DNA of 64,000 nt, from NCBI GenBank assembly GCA_026023565.1, contig JAPETS010000013.1:248001-312000 (forward strand). The letters run 5' to 3'. Each line of letters starts with the position of its first letter. Position 1 is the stretch's first letter. Positions 48,456 to 61,892 of this stretch are shown here, piece by piece. The position numbers and the translations under genes were made by a program. The notes below the pieces were generated by a model, which did not search any database, was not told the DNA's origin, and was given only the letters and a program-made list of their open reading frames with translations. Source of the stretch: Cirrosporium novae-zelandiae (taxonomy: Eukaryota).

Positions 48456-51449
48456 TCATTGTAAGACCTGGTTCCATAGTTAGATCATTTCAAGTACAAG
48501 ATGGGTGCGTAACTTGCCTTCTCTCTCAACATCCCCATCCATTGAGCTAAACTGACTCCTTGCTCAGCCCTATCTTCCACAAGCATAGTTTGCGCCCAAA
48601 GTCTAAGTGCAGGCTCGCCATCTTCCCGGACAATATAAAGTTGTGGGAAAATGATGCTACCAACTCCTCTCGCTCTATGGTCTCGACTCTTTTCAATTAC
48701 GTTTCTAACACGTTCATTGAAGTCATTTTCGAGCGATGGCATCGTTGTCTTGCCAACCTTGAGCTGGCTAACATCATCCAAGCCAAATACGTCATTTATA
48801 AGAGCAGGCTGTGCGTCACGCCCAACCCAGAGGAACTGTGTTTGACCGTCGTCAATGAGGTAAAGGCCGTGAGGCACGAGTCTTTCTGATGACAAGTTTA
48901 GTCGTGCAGGTAGCATGATTTCACCAGTTTTCTCATCTGGCGTTCCAGCTTCATCCGGCATATCCCATAGCGAATACATCCTGGGATAAATGGATTGCAT
49001 AAGAAGCGGAAGAGGTAGTGAGGAGAGCAAGCATAAAGCAGCGGAACGCATATCAGTTGGAATTAAGGCAGATTTCCGGAGTCCGAGCTAGTAGAATATT
49101 AGTAGATATTTTAGGAAGAAAGTTAGATTTCTTACATTTTTTATCAAGCCCAGGAATAGGACTGGCAGGCCACGAAGATTAGCAGGGAATTGTAAGCCAC
49201 CTCCACCCATATTGCCACCAGCCAACTCTTTCTTATAGACTTGAAGTAGCTCCATTAATTTAGATTGGACCATATCCCGAGCAGCATCCAATCCTCCTCC
49301 AAGGATCCGCTCGACTGCTTTATGACTGTAATACTCTGTGATGGCCTGCTGATCAGCAGATGCAAAGACGTCGGCTAGTTGTTGGGTTGTTGGCAGCGCG
49401 AGGGTCATAACGCGAATCCTTCTCTCTCCATTGCAAGTTGTATGTAGTACAGCTGTCTGCATACACACCATTGCTTTCGTTACCGTTTCATCGATGGCCA
49501 CTTCAACAACATAGCTTTGATCCCTTGGGAAGGCGGGGAAGGCGCATAGATCCGAACTGCGGTTGAAGAAATTTCCATAGAACGTACTCATCCGCAAACC
49601 GGTGGTAGCTCGAACACGCAATACAGCCTCCAGACCTATCTCGGCAGAGAGATATTCAGAGAACTCTGAAGCAAATTTCCGAGCATCCTCGCTTCTCGCA
49701 GCATTCCAAGCGGGATAAAAATAGGTTTGTCCACCAGTATATCTTGGGAGATTGCTGAGTGTAGCAACATCTTGGTACTGCGATGCGAACAAAAACATAT
49801 CAATGGATATTTGAGCCTTTGAGCATTCGACGGCAAAGCTCTTATAAAAGCTGCTAGCTGTCTGCAAAAGTCCGCCTTCCTTGTTGGTTCCAAGCATCTT
49901 CTTGTCTTCTCTCATATCCAACTTTGCATACCCAATATTTGGCAAGGATGCCGAAAGTACGCATATCTTACCACCCACTGGAGACAGTAATTTATGGCCA
50001 GCACGAAGGGCGGAGCCCATACAGGATCCCTGGCTAGTGGTATTTTGGAACATTTCTTGCAATTTGTTCAAGAAATTTTCGATATTTTCCCTGCATTCTG
50101 CTAGAGTTACCAGTAAATCCGCAGGTGTTGGTAAGAAAGGCTCATCCAAATCGCTGATAACTAGCATGCTTGTTTCTCCGCTCTCTGCTCCATCCCTTGG
50201 AATAGCAAAGTAGTGGAGGCTGCTATCAACCGCAAGGAAACCAAGTCGAGTTCTTCTATCAGCATTTGGTATACGGTCTAAGCTTTCCAGAATACAACGT
50301 GCACTTGTTGCTAATAATCCGCTAGTAACAGAGGCAACACCAACATCCAGCAAGAATAAATATACCAATGGTTGGGGAGGTCGGACCATGTATTCCTGAG
50401 GCGCAACGAATTCAACAACACCATAATTTAGTTCAGGCCTCTGCCACCGATCAAGCTGTTTCTGCGCAGCAGCATCCCAATCAAAAGCTTGGGGAACCTC
50501 ATTAGTCAAATTGCACATATTGCATCGCCATCGGTTGCCATGGTCTAAGAATGTAACAAATGGGTTGATATAGGAGCGACACCGCCTGCATCTTGTAATA
50601 ACCTGATCTTGGACGATTGGGACAGGATCCTCTGCATCATGTAGTGATGTATAAGGTTGAATGATGAGCGCAAAAGGTAGACGAGACTTCTTTAATAAAG
50701 AGTAATTTGTCGGTACGGCATTTAAAGTTGAACGAATATGTTTAGGTTGGCAATTGGCACCAGGGGAAGGGGTGACACTTGACTATGATAAATTAGTAAG
50801 GATCACCGAGAGCTAAGTCTTGACTTACATTTGGAGGGAGAATAATAGGCGGAGGAGGATAATCAAGTTCGGCAACATTGAAGGGTTGATTCAGCAAATC
50901 CGTGGGGTACAATTGGTTAAGTTGTAGTCGCCCTTGCTGCTGCATCGGTTGCTGTTTCTCTCCAAATCCCATTTGCCCAAATTGTTGTGTTAATCCCCCG
51001 ACACCCCCTGCACTTGGAGCTGGATATCCTGTTGTTGTAGGAGGCTGGTAACCTCCCGCGCCCCCATCAGGTTGCCCATAACCCGGTACACTAGGGGGCG
51101 GCGATCCTTGCTCAGCACCATATGCTGTAGCCGGATAACCTTGTTGATTTAATGTTTGTTGTTGGGGATATGCTCCATAGCCAGTTGGAGCACCAGGATA
51201 TGCACCCCCTCCTTGTTGTTGACCACCTAGCGCCGCATTGGCTCCTGCCCCAAATTCATAGGCTTGACCTGCATATGCTCTTTTCTTTCTACCTCCATGT
51301 GTAGGCGCATGAGCACCTCCGGCAGGTGGTGGACTGGCTGCTGGATCATAACTCTCTTGACTCTGTGCGTATTCTTGGGGTTCTTGTTGGCCGTAAGGAT
51401 CTTGATTCGGATACTGCTGGGGAGGAAAGCCTCCTTGCGGTGCAGACAT
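48456..51449 (-). CDS. SEC24: COPII coat subunit Sec24
   Basis: Gln/Pro/Gly-rich N-terminus, Zn finger [12 protein letters not shown]...[23 protein letters not shown], trunk/vWA domain, GERRIRV, gelsolin-like domain; ends LREK|VLQ*. Confidence 0.95.
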
Positions 51450-52984
51450 GATGTTCAAACCAGCAATGGGCTTCAAATTCACTTATTTGCTCAGCATAGA
51501 CAAACAGGGTGTATAGGCTGATTCGGTTATAGCTGAACGAGCATGAGGTGGATTGGGTTGGTAAACGCGGCTGTTGTGGCGGACAGTGCTCGCGGGAGTT
51601 TGGGTTAATCCTCGATTTTGAAAGAATTAAGTAGTTGATGATAACGATAGCTTAAATTCCTATCCTTTCCATTAATTTTTCTTGTGCAGTGGGCGACTTT
51701 GACAGAAATACCTGGTTAGATCGAAGAGACCAGATTGACGTTGAGTCCCTGTTGGTGCATTCTTGGCATCCTCGATTAGATAATTTGGAACACAATTCAA
51801 CAGGAAATGAACACCTTTACAATATGTACAAATACAATAATTACAGGCAACAAAGACGTCTTGGAATAGCTTATAATAAATCATAGAATATCTAGCTATG
51901 ACATATTTTTTTTTACATTGCCACTAGATGGTGATTTCTCTCACTAGAGCATATTGCCTTTTAGTCACAACTTTCAGCATATTTCTATTCCATCCGCCAA
52001 CGAACCACTCCCCACCAAAATCCCGCATTTCAACATCATCCATATCGATAACGGCTATGCCCTCAACCCTGATCATCACAGCCATACTTATAATGCCACA
52101 ATGATTATTATGTGTTTCCTTCGTCGTCTATAATACTTGAAATTTCCACAGTTGATAGAAATGGCCTATACTCCTATCTTACCTGCATGAAGTTGGTTTT
52201 CTGAGCGTAGCTGAAAATATTTATCTCCCTTCTATTTTCAGAGACAATCATATTTTATGAATATTGCCAGGTCCTCGCTTTACGGACGTATCTCAAATTG
52301 ACACAGATCCATAGTTAGGTCCTCTGGGAAGTTTTTTTTTCAGGCATCTAGGCGATGCTGGATAACGGGGCATGATGGGAAAGCTTGTCGTCAGCCCTAC
52401 TGCGGGCCTTACATAACAACAACAGGCAGCTGAACAGCAATCAAATGATATCACTTACTAGCCAAAATTGCAACAAAGCGCGAGATGATAGTACTGGTGA
52501 ATTGGATTTTATCTTGATGCCTAGGATTTGTACCCCATCATTGAGGCAGAGTCAACCAGGAGGGTGTACCTTAATCTAACAGGTCTAACCTATTTTGTAA
52601 CTCGGTTCGACCCGAGACTATGCACTCTACTCCACTCGCTCACTCATCCACTCAGTTTCAATATTTCCCACAATCCGTCCTTATAGAGATGCACATATTA
52701 GGACGCTGGTAAATTTATACATTGTGATCAACCCAGACTTACCTTTTATAGAAGTCAACGCGATACAACAATGCCTATCCTAAGTATCTATCGGAGATAC
52801 GCTTTTGAGGCAGGGCTTATAACTGAAGGGGACGATTCAAATACATAAGGGGTTCCATATCATGTTAAATTATTCTAGCACACATCTCGATTTCTCTCAA
52901 TTGCAGTTCTCCATTCCTTCAATTGACTACCTTTTCTTGTATCTTTTTCTAACCTATTTCCCTTCCATATATTGAGACATCAAA

Positions 52985-53872
52985 ATGGTCACTCAACGCG
53001 AAGATCTTTCAATTGCAACCCTAGTTTACTACATTATCCTTTTGCCAATAGCCATCTATGTCATTTTTCGGAATGGCTTGAGCAAAAAGATAGGATGGAT
53101 TTTTGTCATGCTCCTGGCACTCGTTCGAATTATTGGATCAGCCATGCAAATTGCAAGCACAAACAATGACAACGAAAGTCTAACTGAAGGGTCGCTAGTG
53201 CTATCAAACGTTGGCCTATCTCCCTTGCTTTTGGCAACACTATGGCTATTGAGCAGAGTGTAAGTTGGTACTTTGTATTTACATATTGAAAAGTTACTAA
53301 TAGCTTTTGGCAGTAATGATAGCATGCCCAAACAGCAGCGTCTTAACAAACTTATCTTACACCTTACCCAATGTGCAATCAGTGGTGCCCTCGTCCTCGC
53401 CATTATAGGAGGCACCAAACAGTTTGATGACAACCCATCGACAGCAGCAGATGGTCGTAAATATACGAAGATAGCTATCGTTATATTCCTAGCTGTTGTG
53501 ATATTTTTGACTCTCCTTACCCTGGTTATGGTCGCAAAACTTCGATATATACCAGCCGGAGAGAGGAGTCTAATCCTAGCAATCATTCTCAGCATTCCTT
53601 TCCTGTTTGTCCGTCTTATCTACTCGATGGTTGGAGCCTTCGAATCCAACCCGAAATCATCCTTCAGCTCGATTTACGGGAGCGTTGTTCTTCAAGGGTT
53701 CATGAGTGTCATGGAAGAATTCATAGTGGTGGGAATTTATTTAGCCGCAGGTCTTACCGTTCAGAAGTTCGTCCAGGACGACGAACAGCAAGGGAAATAC
53801 AGTACGACCATCCAGTCAGAGGATACTCAATACGAGTTTAGGGAAAGGCAGGGCATGATGAGCTCTCACTAG
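52985..53872 (+). CDS. Fungal multi-pass (~7 TM) integral membrane protein of unknown function
   Basis: Two exons (intron ~53261-53313); motifs GWIFVMLLALVRIIG, VGLSPLLLA, SIPFLFVRLIYS, MEEFIVVGIYL. Confidence 0.8.
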
Positions 53873-54679
53873 GAGCGTCGATAGGAGAGTAGAAGACAGC
53901 ACAATATCTGATGGTGGTGGGCAGGAGTTATAATACTCGGTGATGCAAATACTGTACATCTTTTAGATATCATCTTTTTAATGGCACTTTTGGGTATGAA
54001 AGTGTTTTCATGGTGTATTCCAGCATCATTTTATTTAGTTAACTGCTAGAAAATAAAAAGAGCTAGTATTAAACTACAGATAACACCTTCATCCATACAA
54101 TACACGACCTAGGAGATAAAAAAGCTTGTAGTCTACTCCAGAGCGGCAGCTTCTTTTGGAAATGTGATGGTGATGATCTATCGCTATCTGTTGATAGCCA
54201 ACGAAGGTAAGCCGAAGGAATTATTGCCAAGAAACTAGGATCATAGCTGAAATTAAATTCGATTTTAACTGGACCAACCGCAGACTAGAGTAGAACCATC
54301 TGTCGGGAAGGGCTGAGTCAATATCAAGCTTTCAAGAGGGCTGTGCCATGACTACTTTAATGCTTGTAGCCCAGTTATATTTTATATTCCAGGTAAATAA
54401 CGTCAGCCATCAAAATTCAGGGGTGATATACATATATTAACCTCTTTAACATCTCTTTACTGTTATCCTGTGCATGGTCTTGATATCACGAACCGCTCTG
54501 AGGCATAAAGTTGATCTAACTTTATGTACTGTCCAAATTTTTATGCGTTGCAGCCTAATTAGGAATCCAACGTTACCTCATTCTATATTGTTCATTATCT
54601 CCAGCTGGGAATCACGCCTGGTGTTTTGGTGTTTGAACCCATTAGTAGATTGGCATTAGCCAATCCCTAATTAGCTAAA

Positions 54680-56626
54680 ATGGTTTATTCTGGCAAGCCA
54701 AGTCGAGGGTGTCTTACGTGCAGAACTCGTCGAATCAAGGCATGTACCTTGAAGTTTTTTTATACTTCTAGAAATTAATTCTGACTGTATTTTCGCTTTA
54801 GTGCGATGAGGGAAGACCAAGGTGCTCACAGTGTATCAAATCTAAGCGTCACTGTACCGGATACCGCAATCAGAGCGATCTGATATTTCGCAATGAGACC
54901 AAGGCAACCGAGCGTCGAGCACGCAGAGCTCATGAACAAAACAGCTCTCCTTCATTATCAGTTGTTAACTCATCTGGTAACTTGGTATTGGTCTCATCAG
55001 CCAATAAGAAACCAAACCAAAAGAATTCCAAGGTAAACGAACCGTGCAAAATTATAAGGGAATTACTTGCTAATAGTGGACTAAAGCAATCATTTGCTGC
55101 CTCAATTGATCCCTTGGATGCTTGGAATTTACCCTTGGTTTTGTATAATACAAATACTCTTCCACGCCCCTTGCAGCAGGATCCAGAAGCACTGGCCCTC
55201 TCCTTTTTTTTTCATAAATTTATCCTTGCTCCGTCCTACATGGAGTATCCAAGAGGATATCTACAGCATCTTCAGCCTCTATTCCAACAAGCGAGGCATA
55301 ATTCTCCAATAATTTCCGCAACGACAGCGACGTCGCTAGCAATTATGGGGACTACTCCTAGTTATGGTGGTATGAAATTTTTAGCAAGGAAAAAGTATTC
55401 CGAAGCCCTAGTAAATCTCCGCACAGCTCTTCAGGACCCATTAGAAGCGAAGGCAGATGGAACCTGGGCATCATCCCTTTTGCTTTCCCTATTTCAGAGT
55501 GTGGATGGCTCTTTCGACTCCGTGCCTTCGTGGCGTATACATACTAACGGTGCTGCTGCATTGGCTAAAGCACGGGGTTCTGGGAAATTCGCAAGTGGAA
55601 TTGCCCCAAAACTCTTTATGGCAACGAGGGTCCAGTTTGTAAGTTGCTCCCGAGGCACAGTTCGACACCTTTGAAGCTCTGCATGTTATGTTAACAAAAT
55701 GCTTAGATAGTTAGTTGCATGAATAGGTTAGAACCGGTAGACGAATTTTTTGATATACCCCAAATTCCTGGATTACCGGACGGAGGGGCCAACAATTTGA
55801 CCAGACTAATAATTCCAATTCCAGGACTTCGTGCCCGTGCAAAAAATCTTTTGATCAAGTCAAAAAATATCGAATCTACTAACCAGATCAAGGCCTTAAT
55901 GGGGGATGCTTTAGCCACTGACAATAAACTAGCTCACTGGACAGAGGTTCTACCTAGACGGTGGCAATTCTATGCGTTTCCTGTAATGGCGGAGATGGAA
56001 GGCCACTGGAGTAAATCCCGATTTTGGCCTGGTTCCTTTCAAATATATGGAGATGAACGAGTCGCCGGTAAGACTCCATATAATCAGGATATCAGATTTT
56101 GAGGGGAAATACTAATCGTTCCTTAGCTTGCTGGAATTTCTACAGAGCGTTTCGATGTTTTCTCCAGGGCATAATCATCAGATGTGGATGTTGGCTAAGC
56201 TCATCATATCGCGAAACGGCTGAATATGTTCAAGCTACAACGATATTGCAGGAGATGGTCAATGGAATATGTTGGAGTGTTCCATATCATCTTGGCTATC
56301 CAGAAGCTGTCGAGGCTATAAAATTAATCCCAAAATCTCAGCACTCTAATGCTGCTAGTTTTGGGATGTCCGGGCACATTAAGACTATCGGTGGATATCT
56401 AATTATGTATCCTCTATTTGTAGGTAGTAGCGTCATTACTGTATCCAAGGAGCAAAGGTTATGGATGAAGGACCGGCTATTGACAATTGGGCAAGAGGCT
56501 GGTATTAACCAGGCTACGATGCTAAGCTATGCTCGCGACAAGGTTCCAGAAGGGTGTCCGGTGTTTGATTATCATAGTAGGGTTGTTAACAACGTAGGGT
56601 TGTCGGGAGACCTGTACATGCTCTAG
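54680..56626 (+). CDS. Zn(II)2Cys6 transcription factor
   Basis: MVYSGKPSRGCLTCRTRRIK|CDEGRPRCSQCIKSKRHCTGY, in frame with ORF 54982; fungal TF middle region (ICWSVPYHLG, IGGYLIMYPL); three introns, the first GC-AG. Confidence 0.88.
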
Positions 56627-57031
56627 AGTATCTCTGGTATTTGTATTATACTTTCTAGATGAATTTAAGCTACGGAAAATAACAGCATCATGTTTCCTCT
56701 TTATGCGAAATGTAGTAATCATCAAGATCCCTTTTCGCGACAGATATTATCACAAAGTACTCCAGACATTGCAGGCTAGTGGTCTGTCGGGGTCCTAATC
56801 TTTGCTTTCAAGTATTTAGAATGTCTCCTTTACACAAGGCTGCTCGGTGCATAAGAAGGCAGCCTTGAACAGCTAAGTGACGTATTAACCCTCTGGACAA
56901 TAATTGACATAGTGTAAGAGAACTCGCCTCGGTCTTTATCGCGATGCGCCTCTGGCATCAGAACCTGCATTTGAGACACTATAGGGTCTATTAATCCACC
57001 GAATGTAGATAGATGTATTATATAGATCGAC

Positions 57032-57418
57032 TCACTTTCGCCCCGACACAGAAAGCCGGGGTCGCGAGTCTTTACGTTTAGGCGCATTGCTCGAGAGATT
57101 CCATGCTTTCACGAGAACACTACCACAGCAACATCAGTACCGGGAGCAAACATTGATACGGATATAGACACTTGAATAAGGTCGACTGAGATATAATTAC
57201 CTCTGTGTTTTATCCACATATTCTTCATTCTTGCGTGCCTTCACGCCAACAGTGAGACCCCCATCTTTGCCGAAAGCCATATTCTTCCTTTCCAACTTCT
57301 CTTTGGTTTTGGTGCCGACATCATTTGCGACTTGATAAGCCACAAAAATGACAAAGGCGATGACGCCGAGTAAGAGGATGATAGCGACGAGGGGTACTAG
57401 GGATTTAAGTAGCGACAT
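57032..57418 (-). CDS. Small fungal single-TM hypothetical protein
   Basis: TM LVAIILLLGVIAFVIFVAY, then KDGGLTVGVK...EEYVDKTQS|VLVKAWNLS; intron ~57200-57120; exact 3' end uncertain. Confidence 0.7.
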
Positions 57419-58318
57419 GATTGGGGATTGTATGAAGCAGTGCTGTTTCCAAGTTTCAAGATCTGACTCTGGTTTTAATTCGATTTTTATTCTGGGGAGT
57501 TTAGGAGAATATCTGCGGCTGAAAAGTGGAGGGGGTATCAGGCATCCTTCAACAGCCTTCTGGGTGAAACCACGGGTTCAAGTACCGTCGAAGGATTTTT
57601 GGGGGACACTGGAATTTCTAAGTAATGCCTATAACGGCAATCTATGTATGAGAAAACGATTTTAAAGTGTGATACGTCGATAGAAAAATAACTACGTAAT
57701 GGTAGCACCCGATAGAAGTTAAAAAGACCCGATTCCCCCCCCAGATATTCATGCGCAGCAGTTTGCAAGATTGAGATGGAGGGAATCTACTTTTTCAGCT
57801 AAGGGACTAAGGAAAACTAGGTAATTACCACAGGACACGGTTCACAATAAATACATTCAAGGGACCCACGGGACGAACCTTACAGTAAACCTTTCTGTTC
57901 CCTTTAATTACTACTCTTGAAAATCAGGTAATTAACAACGGAAGACGACCAAAAACTAAGCGAAATACCCATTAATACCGGTATCAGAAATATCTAAAAG
58001 AGCTTCTGCCTTGTGTCAGTATGTATAATAATACAAATTTCCTAACTTGTATTAATTTCTATGGTGTGTTAGAATTGAAAATAGGTGAAGAAGTCGCTTA
58101 GCCCTGATCGCTTTCATTTTTACATTTTTATCCATCGTGGGTATTCTCCAACTCAATAACTTCCACAGTGTGACTGTCTAAACCATCTTAACTTTTCATA
58201 TAATTATTCAAGCGTTCTATTTCATCCAAGTTCCCAAACGTCTTCAAATCTTAAACCAGCCCTTATCGGGAATTCTCGTTATGGTCCCCAGCCACAACTA
58301 TTTCACTAATCGTCAGGT

Positions 58319-58732
58319 AGAATGATGATTCGAGACCTCTTTGTAAATCTCTCTTGTGAATATGCTTTTCTCCCTTATCTTGTTATATTCCTTCTGTATT
58401 ATGTGACTTGATGTTCAAGTGTTTGTTTCCTTTAGTTTTGTCTCTTCAACAGCCTGATCAGACGAAAAAAAAAAAGAAAAGAAAATCCGTTTATCTGATA
58501 CTCGTTCCTTAAACTTGGCCAGAAGGTTATCCGTGGAGTACTATCATTTCTACTTGCGGAATGGATAGTGCACCGAGAGGATGGTGCACATTCCTTCTCA
58601 GACATTGTTCTTGTAGTCCATGATGCCGGAGCCTTGGGTTTTTTGTTCAATGAGCCAAAAATATGACGCACGTGAGAGGGTTCAGGGCTTCTTGCCCTAC
58701 ATTCCTCTCGACGGCCAGCTCATCCTGGAATG
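58319..58732. promoter_or_regulatory. Cluster of five AbaA/TEA response elements (CATTCY) upstream of wetA
   Basis: AGAATG 58319, GGAATG 58558, CATTCC 58589, CATTCC 58700, GGAATG 58727. Confidence 0.55.
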
Positions 58733-58941
58733 TTCGTCCAAACTCGGAGGCTGGGCTTCTGAGCTTCTCTTCAAATATCCTGCCTTGGTCTGTTTTGACT
58801 GTTTGCTTTTCTCGCATTAGCTTGACATTGATCGTGTCCCAAATCTATTCTCTCTTGCATATTACAGAAATTTAACCAATCAATTTTTGTACGACGGCCA
58901 CCCATAGTCCTATCATACCGTTCCATCTCACTGAATGCGGT

Positions 58942-60549
58942 ATGTCTCTTACTAGCCCCATCGACCTTTCTCCAAGACCAGAAGACAAAGGCATCGACTA
59001 TCTCTTGCATCCCTTCGATGATCCTTTCAACGACCTCTTTGACCAATACCTTAGCTTGGATCCAAGCGAATGTACCCAAGAGCCTGGAGAGTCGAGCAAA
59101 TCAGCTTCATTCAATTTTTCCTTTGATCTCCGGACTTCAACATCTTGTAGTGACCTCAAGGATGATGCCGACGTCAAGGAGGCAAGGAATGACCAATCGC
59201 AACCTCAGCCGTGGCGCGACGGTATTTGGTGTCTACGTCAAACTGCAGCCTTGTCTTCACCATTGCCACAAGGTAGCTTCGCGCAGTCCACTCTAGGATC
59301 CTCTAAGGCTGCTATCTCTACCGCCCAGCTTCTTAGCATTGAAGGAAAGGCTTCACGCCCGATAAAGCCCGACCCCGACGCAGCCGTCGCTTCACCTTCT
59401 TCCACCGTCGTAAACAGAAGGACTAGAACCGCTGTGTCTAGTCCTAATCTCAGAAGACTTCATAGGCTGGACGCTCGCCGCCGTCAATGTTTTATCATGA
59501 ATTCACCAACAAAAACCATGCGACCGATGCAAAACCACCTTGAAACATCTGAGTTACTTCATAATCCATGGATACAACAATCCTGCAGAGGCCAGCTACA
59601 GTTACCTGATGAAAACCTTCCCCTCTCGCCCCCTCCGTCAGTTGGCGCAGCATCAAATGGACATACAGCACAATTGTCAATTCCGGGTACCGGGTTTCTG
59701 CAGCCTCAGTCGTCTATGAATGGCCACGAAAATCATCATATTCCAGCTCAGAACTATAATACTATGGTGCATAATCCTAATCGCACCCCTCTTCCATCAC
59801 CAACGCCAAATAGGCCCGCTGTACAACACTTTCTAGCACAACAAGATATAACATCAAATGGGCCTTTTCCAGGAGAGTTTTCTTTAGCGGACCAAGTTTC
59901 CATTCAAGATTCCCAAGTCACAAACTGGATGCTTGATGATACACCGGATAATGGAACGTCCATTAACCAGCATGACGATAATTGGTGGCAATCAGATGTC
60001 CCGCAATCAAGCGGACCATATTATATAATACCAAATCATTATCAGCAAGCACCAGAGGACGTTGCGACAACGCCGACTCAAGATAGTCTTGCTAATGAAG
60101 GACTTATGATTCAATGTGACCCCTTCACTCAACCCCCCTATCCGGTCCTTGGTGGTCTACCTACAAATATCCAAGCCTCTAGTTCGGCACATAATGGTAG
60201 TGGAAAACGGAACCTAAGTCCCTTGCGCTCGCCTCCATTATCACCAGCATCTCCTTCCAGTCGAATACGTCGCTCCTCAAGGCCGTCTACAAGCCGGCGG
60301 AAATCCAGCACATCCACGCCTAGAACGCCCAAAACACCAAAAATGACGGCGGGATTTGTCAATTTCACACCAGAAGATAGTCAAAAAATTCTAACAGGGG
60401 TTGCGCCAAGCGGTAGTTCGAAAACCAAGGCTCGTAGGGAAATGGAAGCAAAGGAAAAGAGGAGGAAGCTTAGCGAAGCAGCCGAAAGAGCAATCAAGGC
60501 TGCTGGAGGAGATGTGAGGGTGCTGAAGTCGGAGGAATTTCTTGCTTAA
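58942..60549 (+). CDS. wetA: Developmental regulator WetA
   Basis: N-terminal DDPFNDLFDQYL and QPWRDGIWCL; C-terminal ESC1/WetA domain FVNFTPEDSQKILTGVAPSGSSKTKARREMEAKEKRRKLSEAA. Confidence 0.92.
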   Translation: MSLTSPIDLSPRPEDKGIDYLLHPFDDPFNDLFDQYLSLDPSECTQEPGESSKSASFNFSFDLRTSTSCSDLKDDADVKEARNDQSQPQPWRDGIWCLRQTAALSSPLPQGSFAQSTLGSSKAAISTAQLLSIEGKASRPIKPDPDAAVASPSSTVVNRRTRTAVSSPNLRRLHRLDARRRQCFIMNSPTKTMRPMQNHLETSELLHNPWIQQSCRGQLQLPDENLPLSPPPSVGAASNGHTAQLSIPGTGFLQPQSSMNGHENHHIPAQNYNTMVHNPNRTPLPSPTPNRPAVQHFLAQQDITSNGPFPGEFSLADQVSIQDSQVTNWMLDDTPDNGTSINQHDDNWWQSDVPQSSGPYYIIPNHYQQAPEDVATTPTQDSLANEGLMIQCDPFTQPPYPVLGGLPTNIQASSSAHNGSGKRNLSPLRSPPLSPASPSSRIRRSSRPSTSRRKSSTSTPRTPKTPKMTAGFVNFTPEDSQKILTGVAPSGSSKTKARREMEAKEKRRKLSEAAERAIKAAGGDVRVLKSEEFLA

Positions 60550-61147
60550 CATCTCTTGTATGAGTTGGAATCAAGATATCGCTCTCGGAGCTTAATAATT
60601 TGTATTTGGCTAGACAAAAAAGTAGGAGGTCTAAAATGAATATATTCTTTCCAATACCGAACGGTATTGAACAAACTAAATTATAAGATTGTACCAATTT
60701 ATTTCATGCTATAGAATGGTAATAGATTACCACCGCAGTCTGTATGCTAACCCATAGTCCATAACTGAAATAAGAACCATCATCAAGAGAATAGTCTTGG
60801 AAGTCCCTCTCCTAATTCATACTATAGTCTATCGCGGTGGGTAAAATTAGATCTCGTTACTTATTTGTAGGGTAACTCACCAAACGATCGAACCCGTTAG
60901 CGAAAGGCCTTAAAAGAGTATAGATTTTGATAGGCGCTGGGGGAGAGGAGAACACAGAAAATTGCCACACACACACCTTCTGTATATGCTTTGTGCTGAG
61001 ATGGGACTTCGGAGGGTATTTATTCATGCGCCTCACGACTTTCATGTTAGGTTCTCCAAGACTAGAATTTTTTTTTTTCATTGTAGGTTTATCATGCCCT
61101 ACACACAGAGAGAGAGCAACGGCGCATTATCCTTTCCCTCTCAAGCC

Positions 61148-61892
61148 TCACCGTTTTGTAGTATCCGGATTCCACGCCTCCGGTTGCCAATTTTCACCCG
61201 GGAGTCCCCTTTCTCTGGCCCATGGGTTATCTTTTTTATCTTGCTTGATTTCCTCTTGGTTATCGACTGCATTTTTAACATTGTCTTTTCCTTCCGGTTT
61301 CTTTTTCCCGGTATAACCACCTGGACCTCGTGGGTGGGTTGCGGGCTGCAGCTGCTGCCGTTCTTTGGGCATGTCAAGGTATGATGGCTTCTCCGCCCAT
61401 CGTTGATCAGCTAGCTGCGCAAGCTTCTTGAGCTGTGCTTGTCGGGCGACGTCGGCTTGTTGTTCTGAGAGGGTTGGCGGGAAGGGTCGGATGTAACGGA
61501 GCCACTGATGCCATTGAGCTATGATTTTTATTAGGTACGGACTTTTGTGTGTTTTAACATCTATGTGGCAATCCCCGAGAGCGTACGTGATATTTTAACA
61601 TCGGCGTAGTGAGTAGATGTACTGGATTTAACTATTCGGCGGAGGCGTTGGGAGTTCAAGGTATCTTTAAACTCCCAGAACGTATTACCGGCGAGGTCCA
61701 TGCCTGGGACAGTGGTAAGCTTCGGGGAAGAAGTGTGCGATTGAAGTTTGCTGAGAAGCAAAGCAATTCAAAAGCGTGGGGGGGGGGTTGGGTGTTTAAC
61801 TCACCTACAAGAAACCTCTTCCGCCATGGAAGCTTCATTGACTTCCATGTATACCAGAGGCGCTTGACAGGCCCGATTTGTGGGAAAGACAT
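61148..61892 (-). CDS. NDUFA12-family complex I assembly factor (NDUFAF2/mimitin-like)
   Basis: Three exons: WKSMKLPWRKRFLVG|MDLAGNTFWEF...RRIV...|QWHQWLRYIRPFPPTLSEQQAD...WQPEAWNP. Confidence 0.85.

Noticed and set aside
58322..58411. Box C/D snoRNA starting at ATGATGA
   Set aside because: No well-placed CTGA D box or terminal stem that I could identify.
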